Shown here in pieces: positions 38,211-47,430 of a DNA stretch of 64,000 bases. This stretch comes from Kiritimatiellia bacterium. Its GTDB lineage: Bacteria; Verrucomicrobiota; Kiritimatiellia; RFP12; UBA1067. The first letter of the stretch is position 1. Every line of letters begins with the position of its first letter. The stretch spans positions 480,001 to 544,000 of the forward strand of contig JBMNFY010000017.1 in assembly GCA_050949565.1 (NCBI GenBank), given 5' to 3'. A model generated the notes under the pieces. It did not search any database. It was not told the origin of the DNA and was given only the letters and a program-made list of their open reading frames with translations. A program made the translations under genes and the position numbers.

Positions 38211-38497
38211 AGATAGCTCCCGTATTGCTTGCGTTCGTTCGGCGTCGCTTTGCGTGCCGAGATGATACGGATTACCTCGTCGTTCTCGCGATAAGCATGG
38301 CACACGAGCAGCATCCGTAGCTTAGCACTGAACCCGAGCAGGATGAATCGATCCTCCCTCAAGGAATGATCAGGATCGTGCATCAAACGAGCGTTCTCGT
38401 CCCCAAACACAGTCACAGCCTCCTCGAAAGTAACGCCGTGCTTGCGTCTGTTCTCTATGGCTTTCGCTTCGTTCCATGCAAACCTTACCCCGTTCAT
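38207..38497 (-). CDS. brnT: BrnT toxin
   Basis: F.W.E.K...N.RKHGVTFEEA..VF.D, EDRF, IRIISARKAT. Confidence 0.93.
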   Translation of the reverse strand: MNGVRFAWNEAKAIENRRKHGVTFEEAVTVFGDENARLMHDPDHSLREDRFILLGFSAKLRMLLVCHAYRENDEVIRIISARKATPNERKQYGSYL

Positions 38498-38503
38498 AAT
38501 GCT

Positions 38504-38532
38504 ACTATATTTCTTATAGCGTTATGTTGCAA
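38504..38532 (-). promoter_or_regulatory. brnTA promoter, leaderless
   Basis: TTGCAA-17bp-TATAGT-6bp-ATG. Confidence 0.6.
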
Positions 38533-38544
38533 GGATATTTCTTC

Positions 38545-39075
38545 AAACGAAGGTTTTTTGTCGGCATCACGAATCTGGTTGTAAGCGAGGTGTCTTATGG
38601 TATCGACGACGAGACGCTTGAATACTTTACTCCGGCTTTTGTGAATGAGCTGCGAGAGCAAGGGCAGTTAAAAATCTCAGCCGTACACCAAAGGTTTCGC
38701 GAAGGCGAAACCGATGGCTTGATCATGTTCGACTTCAACGCAACTGAATCTGCTGGCACTCAAGAAGTTCCTGTATATGGCAGCCCCGCTTCTCGACTGC
38801 CTCGACAACAGTTATGTGGTAGCAATTGACGAGTTGGACGCCAAACTTGGTGTCGCCGACATGAAAACTCCGACGCTCGACGCACCGGAACCATGGCCGA
38901 GCGAGAGCGTATCTTGATCGTCTGTGAGGGCGCAAAGACCGAGCCCAACTACTTCCGCGCCATTCAAGAAAAGTTGCCCCCGCGTGTCGTGGAAGTAGAA
39001 ATCGCTGGTGAGGGGCACAATACCTTGCGACTGGTCGAGACCGCTCAACAGATTCAAACTCACAACACCGGCCCC
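38545..39075 (+). pseudogene. Remnant of RloA (AAA_21 ATPase) and RloB
   Basis: ESAGT [frameshift] KKFLYMAAPLLDCL...IDELDAKL, then ILIVCEGAKTEPNYF; truncated at both ends. Confidence 0.75.
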
Positions 39076-39098
39076 CTGACACCGCCGCGGTTGCCAAC

Positions 39099-40541
39099 TC
39101 ACGTTTCGAGTTGGGCGGTGTCTTTCTTTGCGGAGGATGGATCGAAGCCCATTTTTTTGAGGTCGACATCACCGATGACCTGCGGCTTCGCGGTCCGCCA
39201 AGCTCCACGCGTGAAATCCGGAATCTCCACGGGAACGCCGCCGCGTTTGTCGCTTTCCGCCGAGCACGGCACGATCGCGCTCCAGCTCGCAAGGTCGTAC
39301 ACGTCCATGTCGAGCGGCAGCCCGTTTTGCAGACAATACGCCCAGCGCAGGTCCATGATGAAATCCATGCCGCCGTGCCCGCCTACCTTCTTGGCGATTT
39401 CACCCACGCTCTTCCAGAGCGGATGCTTGTGCTCCTCACGCGCCTTGGCAAAGTCCGCGTCACTCAACCACCCCGCGTGTGCGCCCGGCGTCTTCGCAAG
39501 TGCCAGCCGAGGGGGATAGTCATAGAAGCACCCCTTCGAGCCCTGAATCAGATTGATGCGACTGTAGGGACGCGGCGTCACCGTGTCGTACTGCATCATA
39601 ATCGTGCGGCCCTTCGCCGTGCGGATGATCGACGTATTGATGTCGCCCTCTTCCCACTTGAGTTTATTCTGCCATGCGTCCGGACCATACTTCGCGGCCA
39701 CGAACTCCTTTTTCGCGACAGCCGAGGACGAGAACGACACAATCTTCTCCATACGGTCGCCGCGGTTCATGTCCATGTAGAGGCAGATCGGCCCGAGCGC
39801 GTGCGTCGGATAGGGATTGCCCCAGTGACGCACTTCCGAACCAGGCGCACGCAAAGCTTGCTCCTTCCGACTTCGGTTGCGGAAATGATCCGCCGTCTGC
39901 CGGTCTGTGAGGTTGTGGATGTAACCGCCCTCCGCGTGTGTGAGCGTTCCCAAAAGCCCCTTGTGGCAGAGATTCCATGCGAACATCTCCATCTCGCCGT
40001 AACAGCAATTCTCAAGCATCATGCAGTGGCGACGCGCCTTTTCGCAGGCTTCGACAATCTTCCATGCCTCATCAAGCATCTGCGCACCGGGCACCTCTGT
40101 GAGCACGTGCTTGCCTGCGAGGAGCGAATAAATCTCCATCTCGGCATGGAGCGGAGCTGGCGTAGCGATGTACACCAGATCCACGTCGTCGCAATCGGAC
40201 AGCCCTTTCCATTTATCCGCCGTCCCGCTGAAACAGTGCGCGGGGGTTGGCTTCCCTTTTTCCTTAAGCCATTTGAGCGCCTGATCGACTGCTTCGGGCC
40301 GCAGGTCGCAGAGCGCGGTGAACTCGCAACCCGGGATCAACGCGACGCGTCGTACCGCCGCTGTGCCGCGCTCGCCGATCCCCACGATGCCCACACGTAT
40401 CTTCTTCAACGGTGCGACTGCAAAATTACTCATCGGCTGCGCAGCGCCGACGCTCATGTTACCGCGGCACTCAGCGGCTGCGGCAGCAACCGCCACCATC
40501 CAAGCCGCCCCCTTCACAAACTCACGCCTGCTCTGTCGCAT
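39099..40541 (-). CDS. GH109-like NAD+-dependent glycosidase (Gfo/Idh/MocA fold), Tat-exported
   Basis: SRREFVK; MMLENCCY; NPYPTHALGP; RPYSRI; GGHGGMD; DMDVYD. Confidence 0.9.
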   Translation of the reverse strand: MRQSRREFVKGAAWMVAVAAAAAECRGNMSVGAAQPMSNFAVAPLKKIRVGIVGIGERGTAAVRRVALIPGCEFTALCDLRPEAVDQALKWLKEKGKPTPAHCFSGTADKWKGLSDCDDVDLVYIATPAPLHAEMEIYSLLAGKHVLTEVPGAQMLDEAWKIVEACEKARRHCMMLENCCYGEMEMFAWNLCHKGLLGTLTHAEGGYIHNLTDRQTADHFRNRSRKEQALRAPGSEVRHWGNPYPTHALGPICLYMDMNRGDRMEKIVSFSSSAVAKKEFVAAKYGPDAWQNKLKWEEGDINTSIIRTAKGRTIMMQYDTVTPRPYSRINLIQGSKGCFYDYPPRLALAKTPGAHAGWLSDADFAKAREEHKHPLWKSVGEIAKKVGGHGGMDFIMDLRWAYCLQNGLPLDMDVYDLASWSAIVPCSAESDKRGGVPVEIPDFTRGAWRTAKPQVIGDVDLKKMGFDPSSAKKDTAQLET

Positions 40542-40710
40542 ATGCGTCTCCCTTCTTTACAAGCTTAAGCTCGACTTAAATGTTCCGAATTTTACCGATC
40601 ACGTCAACCCCCAATTTTGGTAAAATGTAACGCATGACCTCTTCTCGGCGGTAACGGTGCCGCCTGGAACTGAGCCAATGACGTACCGCCTAACTCCTTG
40701 TCTATAAATT

Positions 40711-40841
40711 GACAGGATTACATGATTTACATGATTTTCAGGATTGAATAACATCGTGTTAATCATGTAATCATGTCCTAAACTTATTCCAAGGTTTTTT
40801 CGCGGCGAAGCCGCGCGGCGGGCTAAGTCCTAAATCCTAAC
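40711..40841. repeat. 9-mer inverted-arm repeat and TCCTAAA units
   Basis: GACAGGATTACATGATTTACATGATTTTCAGGATT ... AATCATGTAATCATGTC. Confidence 0.75.
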
Positions 40842-40852
40842 TGTTACCTTCC

Positions 40853-41911
40853 ATGAGCCATCACCGCTTAGCAAACATCAATATCGAATCGGTCGAGTTG
40901 CTCGCGACACCGCGCGAGATGCGGGCCGCCGTGCCGCAGACCGACGCCTCCTTTGCTGCCGTGCTTCACGGACGCGAAACGATCAAGCGTATCCTTGATG
41001 GTGAGGACCATCGCCTGCTTGCGGTGGTCGGCCCCTGCTCAATCCACAACATCGACGCCGCCGAAGAGTATGCTCAGCGCTTGAAGCGGCTGAGTGATGA
41101 GATCAGCGATCGCATTTACGTGATCATGCGTGTTTATTTCGAGAAGCCGCGTTCAGTGCTCGGCTGGAAGGGCCTGATCAATGACCCCTACATGAACGAC
41201 ACCTTCCAAATCGAGGACGGCATCCGTATGGCACGCCGCTTTCTGGTGCGTGTTGCTGAGATCGGCCTACCGGCTGCGACCGAGGTGCTCGACACGCTCA
41301 TGCCGCAGTATATCGGCGATCTCATCTCGTGGTCCGTGATCGGTGCCCGCACCGCAGAGGCCCAGACACACCGCGAAATCGCCAGTGGTATCTCCACGCC
41401 GGTGGGTTTCAAAAACGCCACCGACGGCTCGTTCGACGCGGCCATCAACGGCATGCGTGCCGCGAAGGGACCGCACCATTTTCTCGGCGTGACTGAAGAC
41501 GGTCTGCCCGCCGTCTACAGCACCACCGGCAACGCCTACTCGCAGATCGTGCTACGCGGCGGTAAACAGCCGAACTACGACGCCGCCAACATCGCCCGCT
41601 GCGAGCAGGCACTGCGCGCCGCCCGCCTGCCCATCAATATCATCGTCGATTGCAGCCATAGCAACTCTCACAAAAAACCGGAGTTACAGGGCGAGGTGCT
41701 GAACGACATTCTCACCCAGATCGAACAGGGCAACCGTTCGATCCGCGGTTTCATGCTTGAAAGTCACCTTGAATGGGGTGCGCAACCCATGCCAAAAGAC
41801 CTGTCGGTCCTGCGCCCTGGACTCTCTGTGACCGACGCCTGCATCGACTGGCCCACCACCGAAAAGCTTTTGCGCGAAGCGCGCCGTCGGAGTGCGATTC
41901 GACTAAATTGA
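40853..41911 (+). CDS. DAHP synthase, class I-alpha (AroF/G/H family)
   Basis: VGPCSIH, MRVYFEKPR, IGART, GFKN.TDG, DCSHSNS, S.TDACI. Confidence 0.95.
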   Translation: MSHHRLANINIESVELLATPREMRAAVPQTDASFAAVLHGRETIKRILDGEDHRLLAVVGPCSIHNIDAAEEYAQRLKRLSDEISDRIYVIMRVYFEKPRSVLGWKGLINDPYMNDTFQIEDGIRMARRFLVRVAEIGLPAATEVLDTLMPQYIGDLISWSVIGARTAEAQTHREIASGISTPVGFKNATDGSFDAAINGMRAAKGPHHFLGVTEDGLPAVYSTTGNAYSQIVLRGGKQPNYDAANIARCEQALRAARLPINIIVDCSHSNSHKKPELQGEVLNDILTQIEQGNRSIRGFMLESHLEWGAQPMPKDLSVLRPGLSVTDACIDWPTTEKLLREARRRSAIRLN

Positions 41912-42045
41912 ATTCGCACCCTCAACTAAGCTGATTCGCACAGGCTGATTCGCGCATTGATTCTCGTTCCATTGTCCTTTACACTGGGTCTTATGTTGTG
42001 GCGATCTATTAGAGCCGCTCGTATAAAACCAGAGAGGATGTTCGC

Positions 42046-43449
42046 GTGAATCGTTTTGTAGGAATCATTGTGTCCATCGGGCTTGCCGCTGGTTTCGCGG
42101 TTGCGGAGCGCACCGCACCGGCCGTTTTCCATGTCGACAGCGAGGCCGGGAACGACAACGCGGCGGGCACGCGGCCCGACACCGCATGGCGTACGCTCGA
42201 TAAGGTCAATACGGCCACGCTTATCCCCGGCGACCGGGTGCTCTTCAAGCGCGGTGGCCTCTGGCGCGGACGGCTCACACCGCAAAGCGGTGCGCCCGAT
42301 GCGCGCATCCTCTACGGTGCTTACGGCGACGGTGCCAAACCGATCCTGCAAGGCTCCGTGGCCCGCGATCAAGCCGATGAGTGGAACGAAGTGCGTCCCG
42401 GCCTGTGGGCCACCCGGAAACTCGAACCGATCCCTTTGGACGTCGGCATCGTGATCCTCAACCACGGCGAGAAGTGGGGCGTCAAAAAGTGGGCGCTGGA
42501 GGAGGTCAAGGCGCCGCTGGACTATTGGTACGATCCTGACGGAAAACGAATTTTCCTAGCGTGGCCCGCCAACCCCGCCGAGGCCTTCCACAGCGTGGAA
42601 TTAGCGCTCACGCGTCACATCATCAATCAAGGCAACAAACACGACATCACGTATGACGGACTCGCCATCCGCTACGGCGCGTCGCACGGATTCGGCGGCG
42701 GCAACACCCAGCGCATCACTATCCGCAACTGCGATCTCTCGTGGATCGGCGGCGGTCTGCAATACTGGAAAACGCGCAAGGACGGCACCCGCTACCCGGT
42801 GCGCTTCGGCAACGCCATCGAATTTTGGAGCGGTGCCAGAGACCATCTGGTCGAACGCAACCGCATCTGGGAGGTGTATGACGCGGCTCTTACCAATCAG
42901 GGCAACGGCGATGATTCCCACCAGATCAATATCATCTATCGCGACAACGTGATCTGGAATTCCGAATACTCCTTCGAGTTCTGGAACCGGCCAGCGTCAG
43001 TGGTCACAAGCAACATCGTGTTTGAATTCAACACCTGCGTGGATGCAGGTATCTGCTGGTCTCACGCACAACGGCCCAACCCCAACGGCGCACATCTGAT
43101 GTTCTACCACAACCCGTCGAAGACCTCAGATTTTATCGTGCGCAACAACATCTTCTGCCGTAGCAGCGACCGTTGCACGCGCATGTGGAATGTTTGGGAC
43201 GGTGCGCCGACTTTGTCCAACAATCTCTACTGGTCGCCGGACAAACCGATCATGCGTTGGACCGAGAAGACCGACTATGCGCAATCAGAGTTCGTCCGCT
43301 ACCAATCGGAACTGAGACTGGACCAAGGCTCGCTCGTCGGCGAACCGCAGTTCGTGAATCCCGCCGCCCGCGACTATCGCCTCAAGCCGGGCTCGCCCGG
43401 CAGCACGCTCGCAACCGACGGCGGGCCGGTCGGCGCGCGTATACAGTGA
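42046..43449 (+). CDS. Secreted right-handed parallel beta-helix protein
   Basis: GND...GT.P..AWRTL.KVN, L.PGD.VLFKRG, GN.IEFW, DYRL.PGSP. Confidence 0.8.
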   Translation: MNRFVGIIVSIGLAAGFAVAERTAPAVFHVDSEAGNDNAAGTRPDTAWRTLDKVNTATLIPGDRVLFKRGGLWRGRLTPQSGAPDARILYGAYGDGAKPILQGSVARDQADEWNEVRPGLWATRKLEPIPLDVGIVILNHGEKWGVKKWALEEVKAPLDYWYDPDGKRIFLAWPANPAEAFHSVELALTRHIINQGNKHDITYDGLAIRYGASHGFGGGNTQRITIRNCDLSWIGGGLQYWKTRKDGTRYPVRFGNAIEFWSGARDHLVERNRIWEVYDAALTNQGNGDDSHQINIIYRDNVIWNSEYSFEFWNRPASVVTSNIVFEFNTCVDAGICWSHAQRPNPNGAHLMFYHNPSKTSDFIVRNNIFCRSSDRCTRMWNVWDGAPTLSNNLYWSPDKPIMRWTEKTDYAQSEFVRYQSELRLDQGSLVGEPQFVNPAARDYRLKPGSPGSTLATDGGPVGARIQ

Positions 43450-43475
43450 ATGCTCAACAAGGGAGGAGTATCCAA

Positions 43476-46124
43476 ATGAAAACAAAGTTCTTTTGCATGC
43501 TGTCACTGCTCGCGGCTTGCTGCTGGACGGCGCACGGCGCGGTGATTGATTTGAACGGAGTCGATCTGACGGTGACTGAACCGAATGCGGATGGCTACGT
43601 GAACACGTCGCAAACGGCTGCCACGCTGACACTCGATCTTGCTGGACCCGTCGCGTACGCGGGAACGATCTCGGGGAACCTCTCACTTATCAAGGCGGGG
43701 GCGGGCACGCTCACGCTGTCGAATGCCTGCCCCTACACAGGCACGACGCATGTGAATGGCGGTGTCCTTGAAGCGCCCACAGATGCCTATTTCGGCTCAG
43801 GAGACGGCGGAGCCGCTGTCACCCTTTCCAACGATGCCCGTGTTCGATTGACAACAACCTGCACGTTGCGCAAACGGCCGTTCGGCGTGACGGAGGGTGC
43901 CACCGGTCATTTGGAAATGCCTGCCGATGTCGTGGTGACAACGCCCGTCTCAAACCTGTTCTTTAAGGGGGCTGTGCTTGCAAAATCGGGCAGCGGTACA
44001 CTTACGATCTATGCCGCAGGCGAGATCAAGTTCAATGCGAACGGTTCAGCGGCCGTCGCAGGCGGCACCTTGCGGGTAGTCGAAGGTTCGCTTGCCGTAA
44101 CTTCCCCCCCCGATGTGTTCGGCAATGCGTCCGGTCCGGCGAATATGACGCTGGAGCTTTGTTCAGGCATCACGCTCGATCTAGACCGTCAACGCACTCC
44201 GCTCCCCCAGCGCAGCCTGTTGCGCGGAGCAAAGATCACAACCAAGCAACGTGCGCCCGAGTACAAACGGTTTGAGCGATTCGCCTACATGAAGGATTAC
44301 GACCTCAACAGCGTCTTCACGGTTTATCCCGGCGAAGGGAATGCGATCACTTCCGTTATTTCCGCCGTTGACGGTTGCCATTTGGCCCAACAAACGGGCG
44401 ACACCGTCTTCGACGTTAAAGAAGGTGCCGTTCTGCGCATTGAAGCAAAACTCTACAACGCTTTTACGAAGACCAGTGCGATCCAAGGCTTCGTCAAGCG
44501 CGGAGCGGGGACGCTCGTAATGGCGCAACCTTGCAGTGCAAACGGCACGCTGGTCGTGGAGGCCGGAACAGTTGTTTTCACGCGCTCGGCCTACCTCGCG
44601 AGCGCGATGACGCTGGCCGTGTGGCCGGGCGCGACGGTCGTGCTCGACGACGATACGATCCTCGCTTCGCCGCTGGAGATCCCCGCCGGTGACGGCGTCG
44701 TGACGTTCACCGTGCCCGACGGCGCGGCGGCGGTCTATGCGAATCCCGGCACGTCTGCCGCGCCTGAAGGCTCGCGGACGCTGGTCAAGGCAGGCGACGG
44801 CACGCTCTCGTGGACAGGCGGCGATGCGGGATTGACAGCGTTGACCGCATCCGGCGGCACACTCGCCCTGCGCGCCTCGAACCTGCTCTCGCGGGCGGCG
44901 ATCTGGGTAGATCCCTCCGACGCAACAACGGTGACAACGGATGATTCCGATGGCACGCTGCGCGTCACTGAGCTGCGCAACAAGGGGCGCACGGGGGGTG
45001 CGTTCGTGCGGGGTGCCGCTTACGGGGCGGAGGGCAGCATGTGCGCCGCCCCCGCTTATTTGGCCACCGGCATCAACGGTCTTGCCACGTTGAGCTTCGA
45101 CGGCAACACCGCGCTTGCCACGCGCGCCTTTACGAACCGGCCGGACACGGTGCGATCGCTCTTTGTTTTTTGCGTGTTCTCGCGAGACAGGGCATATGAA
45201 AAAACAACGCCCTACGGCCCGTGGAATGGCCCTTTCTCATTTTCAAGTGCAGTGAACTCAGGCATAGACACCGACTACACAACAGGATTTTGCGTGTATG
45301 AGCATCATACTGACAGCACCATCAGATTCCTCATCCGAGGGTGCGGAAGCGGCAATGTGGATATGAACTCGGCCAACCTCGTACAGAACGAGCCCTACCT
45401 GTTCGTAGCCCTGCAACGAGCCGGCGGAGGCTATTACGGGTTGGAATGCGCGGCGGACAACAGCACCTCGTTGCCTGGCAACCGTTTCCAGCACGGCGGA
45501 TCGTTTTCCGTTCCGCCGCTTGCCGTTGACATCGTCCTGTTGGGCGGGCGGCTGGGCTCCTACGGACGCGCCCTTTGGACTGCCAAGGACAACACGGCAA
45601 ACCGCATGTGGTTCGGGCGGATGGGCGAATTCATCATGTTCGACAGTGACCTTGCACAACAGGATCAGGATCTTCTGCTCTCCTACCTACGGAAGAAGTG
45701 GCTGAATAAGGGTGACGGCAGCACAACACCGCCTGCTTGTCTGGCCGGCGTAACACCGTCGGCCCCCGCCTTGGCCGCAGCCGCACTTTCAGTGAAGGGC
45801 GGCGCAATGCTGGAGCACGCCGCCCCGACGCAAACACTCGGCGCGCTTGATCTGGAGGATGGCGCGACGCTCGCACAGAAACCGGGGGCGGCGTCCCCAC
45901 TGTTCACTGTGCTTGGTGCAGCGACGTTATCCGGCGCATTAACGCTGGACGTCGATCCTGAACCGACCGAATCGATGCGGCTCTTCACCTACGAGACGTT
46001 GCTAGATTCGTCATCCTGGACAATTACCGGCGGGAACTCAGGGGTTCTGTCAGTCGGTAGCCGCCCTGAAACAAGCGCCTACTGGCTCAAGGTCACTTCT
46101 GGTACCATGGTCATCGTCCGTTAA
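43476..46124 (+). CDS. Autotransporter-associated beta-strand-repeat protein with LamG-like insert and no beta-barrel
   Basis: K.G.GTL repeats x4, YTGTTHVNGGVL; W.DPSD...; GEFIMFD..L...YL.KKW; start at ATG 43476 with GGAGG RBS. Confidence 0.8.
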   Translation: MKTKFFCMLSLLAACCWTAHGAVIDLNGVDLTVTEPNADGYVNTSQTAATLTLDLAGPVAYAGTISGNLSLIKAGAGTLTLSNACPYTGTTHVNGGVLEAPTDAYFGSGDGGAAVTLSNDARVRLTTTCTLRKRPFGVTEGATGHLEMPADVVVTTPVSNLFFKGAVLAKSGSGTLTIYAAGEIKFNANGSAAVAGGTLRVVEGSLAVTSPPDVFGNASGPANMTLELCSGITLDLDRQRTPLPQRSLLRGAKITTKQRAPEYKRFERFAYMKDYDLNSVFTVYPGEGNAITSVISAVDGCHLAQQTGDTVFDVKEGAVLRIEAKLYNAFTKTSAIQGFVKRGAGTLVMAQPCSANGTLVVEAGTVVFTRSAYLASAMTLAVWPGATVVLDDDTILASPLEIPAGDGVVTFTVPDGAAAVYANPGTSAAPEGSRTLVKAGDGTLSWTGGDAGLTALTASGGTLALRASNLLSRAAIWVDPSDATTVTTDDSDGTLRVTELRNKGRTGGAFVRGAAYGAEGSMCAAPAYLATGINGLATLSFDGNTALATRAFTNRPDTVRSLFVFCVFSRDRAYEKTTPYGPWNGPFSFSSAVNSGIDTDYTTGFCVYEHHTDSTIRFLIRGCGSGNVDMNSANLVQNEPYLFVALQRAGGGYYGLECAADNSTSLPGNRFQHGGSFSVPPLAVDIVLLGGRLGSYGRALWTAKDNTANRMWFGRMGEFIMFDSDLAQQDQDLLLSYLRKKWLNKGDGSTTPPACLAGVTPSAPALAAAALSVKGGAMLEHAAPTQTLGALDLEDGATLAQKPGAASPLFTVLGAATLSGALTLDVDPEPTESMRLFTYETLLDSSSWTITGGNSGVLSVGSRPETSAYWLKVTSGTMVIVR

Positions 46125-46141
46125 ACAAGAGGAAGTTTTTT

Positions 46142-47308
46142 GTGAACACCTGTATTTCTGAAAGAACCGTCGCACTGCTGCTCGCAACCTGTTGTATGTC
46201 GAGTTTCGTATCCGCATCTCCGAGTGGCGATCGCCCCGACGAACGGCACGCTTGGGCCGTGCATGATGCACATCGCCCGAACCCCCCGAAGATCACCGCT
46301 GAGGAGGGCCGTCCGCCCTCTGATGCGATCGTCCTTTTTGACGGCACGGCCGAATCGGTGGCCAAACATTGGCGCGATGCGTCGGGCGGCCCCTCGAAGT
46401 GGACAGTCAAGGACGGACTCTTCATCTGTACCCCTCGTTCCGGTGGCGCTTTCACACGGGAGGAGTTTGGGGCCTGTCAGTTGCATCTCGAATGGCTGTC
46501 GCCTGTGGGAGATCCCGGGCTCGGGAACTCCGGCGCGATCCTCATGAGTTGTTACGAAGTTCAGATACTGAATTCCGACTTCACCGACCTCACGTACAAA
46601 GACCGCCGCCGTGCGAACTACGCGGATGGTCAAGCGGGCGCGATTTACGGTCAAAGTCCCCCGCTCGTCAATCCCGCCCGCCCTACCGGTGTGTGGCAGA
46701 CATACGACATCATTTTCCATCCGCCGCTGTGGGACGGCGACCAATTAATCGATCCGGGCAGCATAACCGTATTTTTTAACGGCGTGCTCGTACAGGACGC
46801 CTGGCCGCTTGAAGGACGTTGCCACTGGCAACTTCGCACGAAGCATGAAAAAGCACCGCCGACAGGACCGCTCCGCTTGCAGGATCACGGCAACCCCGTG
46901 CCGTTCCGCAACATCTGGATCCGGCGCATCCCCTCGCGGTTCGCAAATACGGTCCATGGCGGTCCGGGCGTAAAACTGGATGACGTGGCCGCTAAACGGG
47001 CCGAACTCGCAGCGCACACGCTCGCATTGGCAGAGGAAGCGACCGAACTGACCGAAAAGGTAATCTGCCTCTACGAGTCGCTAGGCTATCGTTCCGATCC
47101 CGCTGTAAAAGCGAAAGCAGAGGATGCCGCCGCACGTTACGCCGCCTCGCTGGACGCTCGCGACAGCGCTGCCTGCCGAAAAATCCAGGCTGAGTTAAGA
47201 GGCATGAAGCTTTTTGTAGACATGTTAATCCGCAACGGTCTGACCGAACGGGAGTCCCCACTTGCGAAGGCGGTTGCCCGGGCATTGAACGAAGCAAAAA
47301 AACAGTGA
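46142..47308 (+). CDS. DUF1080 (3-keto-glycoside hydrolase/hydratase-like) protein with C-terminal helical extension
   Basis: PPSDAIVLFDG, GNSG, YEVQIL, WQTYDI, LQDHG.PV.FRNIWIR. Confidence 0.9.
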   Translation: MNTCISERTVALLLATCCMSSFVSASPSGDRPDERHAWAVHDAHRPNPPKITAEEGRPPSDAIVLFDGTAESVAKHWRDASGGPSKWTVKDGLFICTPRSGGAFTREEFGACQLHLEWLSPVGDPGLGNSGAILMSCYEVQILNSDFTDLTYKDRRRANYADGQAGAIYGQSPPLVNPARPTGVWQTYDIIFHPPLWDGDQLIDPGSITVFFNGVLVQDAWPLEGRCHWQLRTKHEKAPPTGPLRLQDHGNPVPFRNIWIRRIPSRFANTVHGGPGVKLDDVAAKRAELAAHTLALAEEATELTEKVICLYESLGYRSDPAVKAKAEDAAARYAASLDARDSAACRKIQAELRGMKLFVDMLIRNGLTERESPLAKAVARALNEAKKQ

Positions 47309-47408
47309 GGTCCTTGCAAGGCCCCTCGTGGCATGGGCGTCCCGCCCATGGAACACGGGCAAGATGCCCGTGCCACACTCCGCAAGCAAGGGGTTTTGCA
47401 AGAGCCTC
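47307..47408. mobile_element. MITE-like element enclosing a REP doublet
   Basis: Imperfect terminal IRs GAGGTCCTTGCAAGGCCCCT / AGGGGTTTTGCAAGAGCCTC around GTGGCATGGGCGTCCCGCCCATG-CACGGGCAAGATGCCCGTGCCAC. Confidence 0.6.
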
Positions 47409-47430
47409 CAATAAGAGGGAGAACCATCAC

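Noticed and set aside
38893-39519. 208-aa ORF as a full RloB
   Set aside because: Only the first ~55 aa are RloB-like; the rest is read-through antisense to the GH109 gene
40621-40710. Possible attenuator before the DAHP synthase gene (uORFs MTSSRR and MTYRLTPCL; GGCGGTA/TACCGCC pairing)
   Set aside because: No run of aromatic codons and no U-tailed terminator
43173-43475. Upstream-extended starts in the ORF track (also 4013, 47305, 58140, 62557)
   Set aside because: They overlap neighbours or repeats; downstream ATGs have an RBS and/or signal peptide or match the family N-terminus
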